Assembly (NCBI GenBank): GCA_002269645.1
Contig: NIVC01000103.1
Location: 922,397 to 986,396, forward strand
Direction of reading: 5' to 3'
Source of the DNA: Macrostomum lignano
Lineage: Eukaryota
DNA length: 64,000 bases
Part shown: positions 1-12,925 of the stretch, one piece after another
Numbering within the stretch: position 1 is the first letter of the stretch
Layout of the letters: each line of letters begins with the position of its first letter
Made by a program: the position numbers and the translations under genes
Notes under the pieces: model-generated
What the model was told of the DNA's origin: nothing
Seen by the model: the letters and a program-made list of their open reading frames with translations, nothing else
Database searches by the model: none

Positions 1-2786
1 CAGTTGTTTGTGACATGACTCCAACAGCAGACAAAGTAGCCTAGTAAATTCAACAAGTTTTACTGCACAATATTTTCTAGTTTGAATGTGCAAACTTAAA
101 ACTGTGAAACTGTCACCAATTTACATTGGTGTCAAGTACCAATAACCAATGAACAAACCAAAGATCTGAGAGTGACCCAGCCTCACTTGTTTTACAAATG
201 AATAGAAAACGGAAAATTGAACTGTTTTGAGGATATCCACAATAATTACTTGTTCATTTAAACAAATATAGCATCTAAAATGTTTATACAATATGATACT
301 TATATACATATATAATGCACAAAGAAATAGCCTAAGAAAAACTTAAGTATATAAACAACAAAGGGCAAATATGCAATTTCTGCAAATTTTATACAAATAT
401 GACAAATAAACATGATTTTGTTGGTCAATTATTTATGAGGTTCTCATTTGTAAACCCCTTTGGCCAAAATGACTAATAATATCTAACTTTTGCCATTATG
501 TCCTTCACCACATTTTTTCTACCAAAATGACTATATCCCTTATGATCCCCCTTCTCCCTAGTCCATTATGCCAAGCATGCAACATAGGCAGTTTAGGCCT
601 AAGCCTCTAGTAAGTCAGGTATAAGTGATAAAATTTTTTTAATTTACCCCCTGACATAAATTTCAGTGTCAAGATCATATACTAGTGTATGCCAAAATGA
701 AATTTACTTCCCTAGCTCCAGTATGCCAATGTATGCCAACACATTGCACAAAAATATGCCAAAGAAAAAAATGAAAAAAATGACAACCAAAATTTTAGGT
801 TTGTGAATTTTTTATCTTAGCAAAAAAGATAAATAAAAACTAATTTCACTAAACCATAGTGAATTAGTTTATTTTAATTATTTCTGTTTTACTTTTAACT
901 TCCTAGAAAAGTTAAACATAATTTTTTAAATAATTTTTTCTGTTAATCTTTGGGAGCTATTATTTTTTTATTAAAATTTAGCTACTTTAACTATGCATGT
1001 CAAATTTAAACTTGGCCATTTTTGTACGCTAATTATATTACATTGGTTGGGACTTAGAACTTTGTCCTATCTGCTGTCTTGGCAATCTCTATGATTATAT
1101 ATCAAGCTATATACCAGGGGGTAGATTAGGCAATGTAAGTTTTGCTTGTATCTAAAATCATAAAATCTACAATATAAAATGTCATTGGATTGTCTGTTGT
1201 TAGATCATCTTGTCACTAGATTGACTAGAAGATAAAGTATAGTTTTTAATTTTATATATAAAAAAATTCTTTTTATAATGGCTGGTATCTTTTTTAATAA
1301 AAATGGTATATTATGGCATATTTCTAGCATAATTTAGGGTGACACAACAAACAATCTAATATAATAATGTGTTTGATTATAAAACTGGGTAGTGTGCAGC
1401 CTTTAGTGAAAAAAAGAATGCATCAATTTAATGCAGTTTCCCATTTTTTAAATTCCTTAAAACAATAATGCAATATCATCATTATAATAAAACAAGCTAT
1501 TGAAACCTATGTATTTTGAATAAATGTTTATTATCACCAGATTGTCTGTCTAGATCATCCTATTGCTAGATTGACTGGATACTTGTCAGGCCCCCTTATA
1601 TGCCAATAATGTGTGCCAGGCATTGCCAGATCCTTTGGTATACCAAGAAATTTTTAGCAAATTTCTAGAATATTCTAGCATATATGTATGAGTGTTGGAA
1701 ACATATCAACTTTTTTGTCAACTGCTTAGCTATATAGTAAATTCATCAACTAGGGGTAGTAAATTATTTAACATAGTATAATATATATAGCTATTTTACT
1801 TCACAAAAATAATAGATTCAAAAAACCAATGAATCAAGTTATGTTATTGTAGTATTGTTTTTTAGGTATCCATAAGACATGACAATTGTCATCAATTATC
1901 AATCATGACAATTATGATAATTCTCACCATTACTGTCACTATATCAGTAGATAATTTATTGCTGCAAAATCTTTGCACTAGATTGACTAGATAAGAGACA
2001 ACAATGCACACTAGTCAGTAGTCTACCATGTACAAATATAATAAAATACAAGATACAATAAAATTGAAAAAACAATGAAAACAATTTTCTATGTGAACAT
2101 CATACCATAAGTTGTAAGATCCCAATCTTGATCAATTTCAATTTGAACAAGTTTTAATAAATTTAACTCAACCATAAACTATAAATTAATTTTTACATAC
2201 ATACAAATTAAGACTTTATTGCTTTTGCTTTGGTTTGCATCTCTTACTTCTAGGCCTACTTCATTAGACTGCATATCAATTATGAGCTATGCAAATAGTA
2301 CATGGTCATTTTATCTACTATCCTTTTGTCTACCAAAAGACAAAATGAATTTTCAAACATAAGCAGCAAAATAGGTTTTATAAATGGCCAGAAGTAATCT
2401 ATGGTTTATTTTTAATGATTTCAATTTGCAAGTAATTTTTAGATTTAGAATTAGATATAATCTTTGTATTTTTTATTTTGTTTATGGCAATGTTTCTAAG
2501 AAATATCAATTCCTCCTTTGTTAATTTAGCTATAGGTATTCTTTTATAAAGTAACATGTGCACTCTTACATATACTTGTGCTTCTTTAAATTGAATATAT
2601 TAAATTTTTTATATTGTCCAATACAAAATAAATGAATTCTAATAAATAATAATTCTAACTAGGCTAACTGTTTTTGAGCTTTGAAGCTTTGAGACAGTTA
2701 GAGATAGATAATATGGGGTCATATGAGATCATGACAAAAATGCATTGATTTTTGTTCCATTGCAAAATTTATTAAATACAAACTAA

Positions 2787-3383
2787 CCCTATTGGAATAA
2801 ATGTTAAAAACCCGCGGACGCGTGCTTTAGAAAAGAGTCAAACTATTTTACCGCACTTTAGGATTATTAGAGATGTTCCAAAATATCTGCAGCTTCGTCA
2901 AAATCAAAATTTGCTAACTTTTCAAAATCAAAATTGAAATTTCCCAAAATCATAATTCAGAAAAACAAAGTTTAGTATGGTCAACACTCACTTTTTTACT
3001 TTCAATTTACTGCTTAAGCAAAAAGTAATACATGTATATGTTGTAGAAAGTAGTTTATTTTTAGCGACTTTTTAGACACTACCAAAATTTTCACTTCTAA
3101 ATTTTTTTTGAAATTGAAATTTGCTCTAAAAAATTTCAAATTTTGGAAAATTGACATTGAATTTTCGGAACATCTCTAAGCTTAATAAATTACAAGTGTA
3201 TAAGCCCCTTCAACAGAGGTATTATACCCATTTCCATGTATATGTATTTGCTAGAGCAGCAGCCAGTAAGAAAGGGCAGCGCATGCGCGCGCAGGCGCTG
3301 CGCCTGTGCGCGCGCTGCACTTTAGAAAAATTTCAAAAGTGTGCTGGACACCGTCCGCAGTTTTACAACTTTTTCCTATAGGG
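2787..3383. mobile_element. MITE with ~35-bp imperfect TIRs beginning CCCT (piggyBac-like termini)
   Basis: Left end CCCTATTGGAATAAATGTTAAAAACCCGCGGACG resembles the reverse complement of the right end, CCCTATAGGAAAAAGTTGTAAAACTGCGGACG. Flanks are CTAA/CAAA rather than a clean TTAA TSD. It is CpG-rich within a CpG-poor background. Confidence 0.45.
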
Positions 3384-3580
3384 CAAACTAAAATATTCAG
3401 AAATTACTCATTCAAGTAATTATTACTAACAAATGATATTGATATCTTAATCATTGTTATCTTAATCACTATCTCAAATTAATGACAACTGACATTAGGC
3501 CATTTTACACTTATTAAAGTATTTACTATTTATTAGAGACAAAACAACTATGATATTCTTATAGACAAAACATACTTGGG

Positions 3581-3735
3581 TGCAACCTAGGGATTTACCT
3601 GGCCATTTCTAATGGCAACATGCATATGTAAGTCATTATTGGATAGATTAATTAGTCACGTGACTGCTCTTAGCCAATAGCGACTTACATGTGTGTGTTG
3701 CTGATAGAAATAGCCAAGTGATTCCCAAGGTTGCG
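3581..3735. other. 155-bp imperfect palindrome (hairpin MITE or hairpin RNA) centred on GTCACGTGAC
   Basis: The ~75-bp arms pair along their length (GCAACCTAGGGA...ATGTAAGTCATTATTGG versus CCAATAGCGACTTACAT...TCCCAAGGTTGC). The centre at 3655-3664 is a perfect palindrome. Confidence 0.75.
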
Positions 3736-6700
3736 CATTAGTAATGAATCTGAATATTTGTATTTAGATTTTGAATAAAAAAAAGTCTTATTTTTTTAGA
3801 AATCCAAATGTTTCAGATTCGGAAATTTTATTTTTCAAATTTCCAAATGTACATCCAAATATGAAAAAATCAAAAAACCAAAATAAAATTATGCAAATAT
3901 AAAAGAAATACAACTTTTGAAAAAAGAAAGTAAATAAAAAAACTAGAACTCAAAATTGAATATCATATGGTTTGTTTTTACAATTGTCTGTTTTTGCAGT
4001 ATTATATATTCTTAAAGTGCTAGAGTGCTATTAAGTAAAGTTACTTAACTTCAGGAACTATGAGGCATTTAACCTAAAGTTGCAGAAACATTTTGAGGTA
4101 ATCATTACTTTCTTTTTTCAAAATGCAAATGTAACAGACTATGTACACTATATATAGTAAAGTTATCAAATTGCACAAATGTAATATCAGTTAGTAATTA
4201 GATTAGAAATAAAATAATTAAGTTCAATTCAATTCAGATACTAGATAGATGTAGTATAAGCACGAGCTAGATTGAATCTTGTCAGTAAATTAATGTACAG
4301 CACTTATACAATTACTAATTAGATGATGATACATTTTTGTAATGAAAAGGTGTCATAGTTACTTCCACTGTTTACCTTTTACTTTTTTACATTTGGATTT
4401 GGTTTTGGAAACTTGCAAAACTCTACATTTGGTCATTGGTCTATCACTATTGCATATGTATGAGACAAAGGAATAGTAGACAAACTGGCAGTAGACAAAA
4501 TAACCATTAACCATGCAAACTATGGCAAACTTGTCAACATAGTTGACAAAAAATAGAAAAGTGACAATGTAGATAATTGGAAAACAATGATATAATAGCC
4601 TAGCTAGACATTTAGACAAAGTACTTAAACCTGGAATATTTGATAATGGCTATCAAAAATAGAATACCACTTTTTATGTATACATTATAATCAACATATT
4701 AATTAGATAAAAAATAGTCTTTAAAAAAATATTTTTTATTAGTGCAATAGATTACTCTTTACTTACCTTCACTACTACTGGCACTTTTAATAATACTACT
4801 TCCTTGACTTGAATTAGAAATTGTATTCCCAATTCCACGACCATAATTTCCACCAGCTCCAATCAATTGTAATCTTTTGTCTTTCTTGGCTAGACCATCA
4901 GCTTTAGTGTTTTGTGCTCCCATAGTACAAAGAGCAGGGAAACAAAAACAAAACTTAGCAGCACATTAATAAACAATGCATACATTTCAATGGCATGTTA
5001 GGCCTTATTTGCATTTGCATTAACGCACATCTGGCTGGCACCATGAAGACTAAATTTAATATTAAAGGATTACTACGCTAACGTTATTTTCATGGTTAAA
5101 AGTGTATATAACAATTAATAAATAGGGCTAGCCGAACTAGCGCTAGGGATCCACAACGACGTCAACACTCAACAGTGAAGTCAAGACGAAGACCAATTAC
5201 TAAGAAGACTGCTAGCTGTACTAGGGGCACTAGCCTACTAAAATTTTCAGGACCTAAAGAAATTTAAAGCGGCTAATATTTTGAATAAAACAATCAGGTT
5301 AGGTTTGATAATGATAACTATTTTGAAATTAGGACGCCAAGAAAAGCCTTGACAAGCTCAAATGAGGTCGATTTGTAGATTTCTAGGAAATATGTTTTTT
5401 TGTAGGTAGTTAAAAAGATGCAACAAAAAGTTTTGTCATTCTAAAGATTTATGCTAAAAAATTAAATAATTAGGACTGGCTTCGACTTTCTACAATAAAA
5501 AGCTGAAAAAAAGTCATGTATTTTTCAACTTTTGTTATACGCATTTGAAAATGTTCTTAATTTTTTTTAATTACCGAGAGAAAAATTTTAGCGAAATACA
5601 ATACTAAATTAGCATTCAATTAAAAACGGATTCTTATTTCTAATCTTGTGTATAATCTAAAGCTAAGTGGACCGACCGCGGCCCGCCGGCTGGCCGGACC
5701 AAATGGAACTCTTCCTACTAGACGACTATCAACTCAAATGCGTAGTATATATAGTAGTAAACCGAAGTATAGCTAGCTTAGTAACTTGTAATAAAGTACA
5801 TGTAGCTCAGACAAGACAGCCGGCTTGGCCAATTTAAGGAATAATATAAATAGGACATATTCTTGGTCCTTTATCGTATTTTGAAAGAACTATTTGTTAA
5901 CTGAATGCATGTAAGTATTTGCATTGTAATCTACGCATATGCGAACATTTTCTATTATAAATCTATAATATTAGCCTAATTTTGCGTGAATTTAATATTT
6001 GCCGTATATAAAGCAAAAACGATAAATCTCAAGTTGTACATGTACATAGAGGCGCGAGGATAAGGTTAGTATCGATCAGAAAACTTGGAGCTATGATGGA
6101 TCTGCATTTTACATGTGTATATTTCTGAATAAAATGCATTTGTACATGTATGTGTAAATGTACATATAAAATCGCAGACTCGACAGGAAGATGAAAGACT
6201 CATCAGGCTAGGGGCCCGCTCATGAATTTTGTGGGCCAAGCTTTGGATAAAAGAGAATTTACACATGGAAGGTTTTGAATTTTGTCTACATGTACTACAT
6301 GTACTAGCGCAGATCGATTTGCAGGCAGCTGATCATGAGGAATTGTAAACAGGAAAATACACAGTTTAGGTGGATTTTTTACGTTATGGATCTTGTTTTT
6401 GCAGTTTACTGAGCAGATAATAATAGTCCAGTCAAGGTGTGTGACGCACGTCCGTAATTGGGGAGCAGGAAAGTGGGTGGGTGCTTATGATCGAAAGAGG
6501 AAGTGAAGAAAAGGAAGAAAAGAAGTGAGGAAAGCGATGAGATGCTAACGCCCTTAATGCTAAAGCTAAGCTAATGATGCTGAAACGAAGCTTTGAAGCC
6601 GAAGGTTTTTTACCGATTAACTTCTATTTGATTTTTTACATTGGCTTTAATTGCAGCTCAAGACAGAGGTCTTCAAGATTCAGTTCTTACACGCATCCAT

Positions 6701-7020
6701 CTATACATTCCTTATTACTACTCAAACAACTCTCGCGCTAAATTTGCAAACAATTTCTCAAGCTCCCATTAACTGCAGCAGGTGTTTGGCAGCTGGATAC
6801 GGTTACAGAAGCCATTCCAATGCTCGCTAATGATTGCTTGTTGAAACGCCATTGGCTTCACTGTCTGTCAATTCAGAAGCACCAGGTGCAGTGAATTTGA
6901 TTCCTTGGGAATTTTCTCCTAAAAAATCAACTTCTCTTGCTGTTTAGGTCTACATATAGTCCCCCTCGGCAATGAGCTGCCGCGAGAGAGCTACATGCAG
7001 AAACCTAGCTGTCTTCGAAA

Positions 7021-7418
7021 ATGCGCTTGATTTCATTTTTGCTGCTTCCGTTCCACGGCTGCGCTGCCGCAATGCTGGTTGCATGGCTTCAGTTACATCG
7101 GCTGCTACAGAGACCCCGGGCCCAGGGACCTCAACGGACTAGCCGGTAAAGGATCTGTCGAAGGCTACTCTATCGGCACAGGCGGTGTCCTGTCAGCTCC
7201 TGGGATCAATTCTCTGGAGTTCTGCAGCCGCATCTGCTCGCTCTTCAACTTCAAGTACTTCGGAGTGCAGTACAGCTCGCAGTGCTTCTGCGGCAATGAG
7301 TTCGGTCGACATGGCGCCTCACCTGAGACCGGATGTAGCATGAGATGCACTGGAAATCCCGACCAGATCTGCGGAGATAGTGGTAAAAATTCCATTTATC
7401 AAAATAAATACCTGCTGG
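7021..7418 (+). CDS. Exon 1 of secreted WSC-domain protein (signal peptide plus WSC), with a 1-nt frameshift near 7054
   Basis: ATG 7021 gives MRLISFLLLPF. Removing one C at ~7054 continues as TAALPQCWLHGFSYIGCYRD...CSRICSLFNFKYFGVQYSSQCFCGN...CSMRCTGNPDQICG, the WSC Cys pattern. Donor G|GTAAGT at 7419 (phase 1). Confidence 0.8.
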
Positions 7419-7552
7419 GTAAGTACAAACAATCTAAGTGGCTCATTTTTTACCTTTTGCATCATTATGGACTATTACGAGTAAAATACCTGGATAGGTT
7501 TTACGAGCTACAACGTCTTTACAATGACCCAAGAGTATGACTTCAATTTCAG

Positions 7553-7797
7553 AAATAAACCACTTTATTAAAATACAAGATGACCGACTGCTTGGAATGG
7601 GCAACTCAAACTTGTCCCCATCGGTTGCAACTGTTCGCGCTTCGAGCCTACTGCACTGCGCTACTAAATGCTCTGTAGTTGGTTGCCATGCAATTTTCTT
7701 CTCGCAACCTCAGCTCACCTGTCGCATGCTTCTGTCTGATGCTGGAAACTCGACCAGTCTGGTGGCAGCCAATGATAATGGCTTTGTTCGTGGCTAA
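7553..7797 (+). CDS. Exon 2 of WSC protein; short PAN/apple-like Cys motif
   Basis: Acceptor TTTCAG| at 7552 is phase-compatible with exon 1 (G+AA=Glu). It encodes EINHFIKIQDD...HCATKCSVVGCHAIFF...TCRML and stops at 7797. Confidence 0.7.
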
Positions 7798-8229
7798 ATT
7801 GAAAACACTTTATAGATATAATAGGCTTTGATCAATGACCTCTGGACGTCGTGTTTCATTGCACTGAGAAGAGTAACATCTGAGTCAAAAATATACTTTT
7901 AACTTTTAAATGATTCATCGGATCAAATAGGCGAGTCAGGAAGTCATTGTGAAACAGATTAGAATTCTAAACGCGTTAATAATTTTAAGATAAAACCAGG
8001 AACAAAAGCTAAATGGTGTGGAAATAAGTTATGCTAGTCTTCGCGTATGGATTTTTTCTGCTACAAATTGAAAACGGCAATCGACTCAGTGAGGAGTCAC
8101 GAAACAAGCACAAGATTAAGGAGTTCATGGAATGAGCTTATCCACTAAATTATGACAAAATTCGTATTTTGATTCTGAAATTTGAGTAATATTAATAATA
8201 CTCAATAATAAAAAATAGCTAATAACAAA

Positions 8230-8503
8230 TTGCTGTACCTGCTCCAACTGGGCCAGATGTGCAACCGACAGCTCAGCCGCAGCTATTGCACGGGGCATCT
8301 CAAGGCTGCGTACGGCTGTTCAGTCCAAGGACTGGGGGGTCGCCACACACAGCCTCATATTACCCCAGCTAATGCTGGCATCCATTTTACAGCTGGGTGA
8401 ACTGAAGCAATCCAGAGTAAAGTGTCTTGCTCAAGGACACAAATCGGAATCGAACCTCCGGCCTTTGCAAGTCGTGAGTCTGCCGCTCTTACCACTAGGC
8501 AAC
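8230..8503 (-). mobile_element. tRNA-derived SINE (family A)
   Basis: The minus strand has an A box (TTGCCTAGTGG) and a B box (GGTTCGATTCC, 8446-8456), then GTGTCCTTGAGCAAGACACTTTACTC...CACCCAGCTGTAAAATGG, a body motif typical of metazoan SINE2 elements. The 3' boundary is approximate. Confidence 0.75.
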
Positions 8504-9729
8504 AAGTCTTGCAAATAAAAAAGTAAATGCCGGCTTTAGTACACACATGTAAGTCGTGCATTGGCAACTATAATTACTCTACAAAGAGAAATTATTCATT
8601 TTGTCTGAATGCAGCTCATGTCATATGTCAGAATACATGTAATTCAAAAAAGCTTCCAGAAATGTCTAAATAATTGTCTAAATAAGAAATGTCAAAATAA
8701 TAGTAAAGCATTGGTTGATTTTATGGAAGCATCAAAGAAAGAGCAAAGCACCGCATGCGCAACAGCGCACGTGAGCAAAGTCAATCTTTACGACAAGCAG
8801 AAAAGCGTTTAGATTGAAGGAAGGAAGGATTGTAGAAAAGATAGACATCATTTTCTAGCAACAAGCAGTTAAATCAGGATCGTCATGCAATGTATATAAA
8901 CAAATAAGAACCCAGTGGACGTGCTGCACAGTTTTAGCAAGCTGTGCGGCAACTTCAAGTGGCTAAATACAATATGAACCCAAAATGTGAGTAGCTACAC
9001 CTCATTGGGGGTGTTTTCGGTAGCGCAGCCATTTGAGTAATAATATTATACCTAGCTATTGTTTACTTTATTAAATAAAAAGGAAAGGAAGTCAATGGCA
9101 CGGCTAGCTAGCTGGAATAGACCCCACAGACAGACAAGACAAACCGAATATCGTACATCCAAGACTCCCCCCCTCTGCTAAAGCAGTTTCTACCAGTACG
9201 TTTTTTTCAAAGAGACGGAATTAAACATGCAGAGTACAGGTAAAGGACCTTTTTCGCAGTTTAGCAAACAGCCCAGCAGCCTCTCCGTTGTTATACTGGG
9301 GGGGGGGGGGCACAGAGGCTACATAGGTGTGGCCGCGATCAGTGCTTCTACTTTAGAAGAGAAGTTTCGGTTGCTAAGGCCCGGGACGGTCAATACTCAA
9401 CAGTTTGTTTTTAAAAGGTGGCAGCGCAGAAAAACAAGCAGTAAAATCTTTCGAGCAGCTTTTGAACCATCTGCAACTCTGACTGCCAAAGCAAAATAGG
9501 TGAGATTCACAAAGTAACTTTTGAATATATATTTTGAAAATATACAGACTATTCTTCCAGCCCTAAGACTGCGCAGTTCTTAGCAGATGAGAGTAGATAC
9601 TCAGAAAAGTAATTCTTATTTTTTTCCTGTCTAATTTCTCAACAAAGACAACTAATGCAATGTATATACTTTAGTTTAGTTGTCCTTAATTCTCACCTAC
9701 TACTCTCATATTTTCTCAACGCTAATGCC

Positions 9730-9960
9730 AACAAAGCAGCTCTCTCCTCTTCATCTCTCACCCCCTCTCCCTTCTGCCTCTCCCCCTCATTCCCACCCTT
9801 CTCTCCCTCCCTCTTCTCCCCTCCTTCACTCCTTCCGTTCTATCTCCCCTCTCTTAATATCTCACTCCCCTCTCTCACCCTCCTGTCTCTCCCTAACACT
9901 CTCTCTTCCTCTCTCTCTCCCCTTTCTCCCTCTCTCCCTCGCCTCTCTTCCTCGCTTTTC
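9730..9960. repeat. CT-rich low-complexity tract
   Basis: Polypyrimidine run; it generates the spurious ORFs 9655..9987 and 9680..9970. Confidence 0.8.
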
Positions 9961-10150
9961 GTTCCTATAGCCTTATCAGCCTTATAGCCTTATAGAACTT
10001 ATCAGTTCAGACAAACATAGAAAAAATGCCTGCAACCATCTCACAGCATTCTGAATGACAGTCTCGCGCCCGTTTTAGACACTTCTGAGAAATTGACTAG
10101 TGGAAATTGAGTCATCGGCTACAGTTCTAAACAGCTGAGCAACAAGAACA

Positions 10151-11712
10151 ATGAACCTGATACCCGACGTCAATGGAACCGCCATCTTCGGAATCGTCTG
10201 GGCAGTGAGAGCCCATCGACGGCTTCGATCAGGACAGGAAGAAAGGACTCAGTTTTGCACAGAAATGATTCAACTCGCTGTAAAGTCTGGTCAGTTGGAA
10301 GCAGTGAAGTTTGCGATGCGGATATTTGCAGACGAAACAAACAAAGATCAGTGCTGCATGGAGGCAGCGAAAACTGCAGCAATCAAAGATGAATGGAGAG
10401 TGTTGAAATTTCTGGTTCAGTCAATTGCTGATGAAACCAACAGAGACCAGTGTTGCATGGAGGTAGTGGAATCTGCTGCATGCATAGGTGAGTGGGAAGT
10501 GGTGACGTTTCTGGTGCAGACAGTGGCTGATGAAACCAAAAGAGACCAGTGCTGCATGGAGGTAGCGGAATCTGCTGCAAGCAGGGGTGTTTTAGAGGTG
10601 GTGAAGTTTCTGGTGCAGACAGTGGCCGATGAAACTACCAGAGATAATTTCTGCATGGAAGCAGCGGAATCTGCTGCAAGCAGTGGTCATTTAGAAGTGG
10701 TTAAATTTCTGGTGCAGACAGTGGCTGATGAAACCACCAGAGATCAGTGCTGCATTCAGGCGGCGGAATCTGCTGCAAGCAAGGGTCAGTGGGAAGTGGT
10801 AGCGTTTCTGGTCCAGACAGTCACTGATGAAACCAAAAGAGACCAGTGCTGCATGGAGCCAGCGACATATGCTGCAAGCAAGGGTCAGTGGGAAGTGGTG
10901 AAGTTTCTGGTGCAGACAGTCGCTGACCAATCTAACAGAGACCAGTGCTGCATGGAACCAGCAAAACTTGCTGCATTCAAGGGTCAGTTAGAAGTGGTGA
11001 AGTTACTGGTGCAAACAGTCTCTGACCAAAAAAACAGAGATCAGTGCTGCATTCAAGCAGCGACATCTGCTGCATACAATGGTCACTTAGAAGTCATCAA
11101 GTTCCTTATCTCGTGTCTCTCAAGTCCAGATCAGAGAGCGAATCTCCGTTTCCGATGCGCAGTCACGGCTTGCTCTCGTCTTCGTGACGATGTCGTTGCC
11201 TTCCTCGGCCTCAAGCCCAACTGGCTCTTCCAATACAGCATTATCCTCAGCTTCACTGCAGCAATGGCCATCGAAGGCAGAAACTCTGTTCTCACCGACA
11301 CCCTCTCTCGAATGCGGCCAGCTCACATCACACAGCTGCTCCGTCTCTCCATCTCTCAAAGACACGTCGCTCTTGCTGTCACGCTGATCAATGATGAGCG
11401 AGTCAGCGCAGAGCATGTCGATCTGCCAGACAGCACTGGAGCCACTGCTCTCATGCTGGCAGCTGATGCGGGTCATCACGAGCTCATTGAGAAACTCATC
11501 GATCTCGGTGCGTCAGTGCGTGCTGAAGACAGTCAGGGTCGGACTGCTCTGTCACGAGCGTGCGAAGCCGGTCACGTGCGAGCAGCCAAGGCTCTGATGG
11601 ACAGAGGAGCGGATGCGAGTCATCGAGACGGTCGGGGTCTGACGTGTGCGCAGGTGGCACAGCGATTTGAGCAGCGGCAGGTGCTGCGGCTGCTGGATGC
11701 AGGTGGAGCGAG
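10151..11712 (+). CDS. Exon 1 of ankyrin-repeat/cGAS-like (Mab-21) fusion protein: 8 tandem 33-aa ankyrin-like repeats followed by canonical ankyrins
   Basis: Repeat consensus DETxRDQCCMExAxxAAxxGxWEVVxFLVQTVA. Canonical ANK repeats follow (GATALMLAADAGHHELIEKLIDLGASV; GRTALSRACEAGHVRAAKALMDRGAD). The apparent stop lies inside the donor AG|GTGAGC at 11713 (phase 2). Confidence 0.85.
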
Positions 11713-12169
11713 GTGAGCTGTTGAGCTATAATTGAGAAGACACAGTGCATGTACGTAAAATTTAAGTTTTCATTAGCTTTTTTGTAAGGAGAAAAATCAG
11801 AGTTAGACAGGTAGCTTGAGGGATGAAAAGGAAAAGAGAGAGAAAAGAAGAGTAGGAATCTGGAGGAGAGAAGATAGTTCTGCACTTCAGGATAAAATGA
11901 AGAACAAGTTCTTATATATTTTAATTCAACAAGCACTGAAGTATTTTCATAAAATTCCCTGGTTTAATTATATTCTATTGTCCCTCCTTCTACAATATGT
12001 TTTCTTCCTACTTAAACTGTGGAGATATTTTTGATGAAGCAGAGCTCCACTGGAGTGTTTCGACTGAAAGTTCACGAGCCACGAGCGTTTCGAAATCAAT
12101 GGATTTTTTTATGGTGAATAAAAATCTCAGGCTAAGCTGCTGTGACCGGCATTCTATCACGCATTGCAG

Positions 12170-12223
12170 AGTCCCAGAGACTCGGCAGGCAGGCGCGCAA
12201 CGCTTGGATTGGGGCCTCCATTG
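12170..12223 (+). CDS. Exon 2 (54 nt linker) of the ankyrin-cGLR gene
   Basis: Bounded by TTGCAG| and |GTGAGT, phase 2 at both ends; encodes (R)VPETRQAGAQRLDWGLH(W). Confidence 0.6.
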
Positions 12224-12378
12224 GTGAGTCTCGGCTTTCACTGCTGCGTGAATGATAGCTTGGGGCAGAAATTGCAGCGAACTTCAGCAGAGATTGGGCT
12301 GGACTGAGTGCTGCAGCAGATGCACTCTCAGCTCTCCCGCTTCTCGAATCATACCAGACTCACATGCTGCTTCCACAG

Positions 12379-12710
12379 GCGCCTGAGCAATCAGCTGCAT
12401 CGACTGCTCAGAAAGGCGGGATTCACCGAGCAGAGAGCAAAGTGTCAGCAGAGACTGGCTGGTTGGCTGGAAGGAGTCGCTCGAGTCCTCACACAGGATG
12501 GCTATCGCAGGCACATGACGGGCAGCTACGCAGAAGGCTGGGCCAACAGTCTGGTGCAAGTGAACGGCAGGACAGCTGCAGACTCGGACATTGACTGGAC
12601 TGTGCTGGCTGCTGAGCAAGAGTTCCATCTGGAAGGTGGCTGCGACGGCTGCAGAGACGCCACTCCGCTGCAGGTCGAGGAGGGCCACGCACAGGTGGCA
12701 GCAGGAGCAG
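12379..12710 (+). CDS. Exon 3 of the ankyrin-cGLR gene: nucleotidyltransferase catalytic core
   Basis: Acceptor TGCTGCTTCCACAG| (phase 2). Encodes GSYAEGW...TAADSDIDWTV, the hG[S/G]...[D/E]h[D/E] NTase motif. Donor G|GTGAGT at 12711 (phase 1). Confidence 0.85.
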
Positions 12711-12925
12711 GTGAGTGAGGCTGGGTTCATCATCACAATGCTGAGATCCGCATGCAACTGGAAGCCCATTAACTTTGCTCAATTTGAAATTCACAACCGA
12801 GTGGCGCCCAGCCTCCAGCAGCTTCTGTGACTGCGAATGTCGGCTTGGGTGCTGAACATAGCAACAGGGCAATGAGACGAAGAACTTTTCAACAATGGCT
12901 TAGAGTGAGAGATTGGTTTCTGATG

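Noticed and set aside
12040-12169. Longer exon 2 for the cGLR gene using the AG at ~12042
   Set aside because: The phase-2 join runs into an in-frame TGA, whereas the acceptor at 12169 keeps the frame open.
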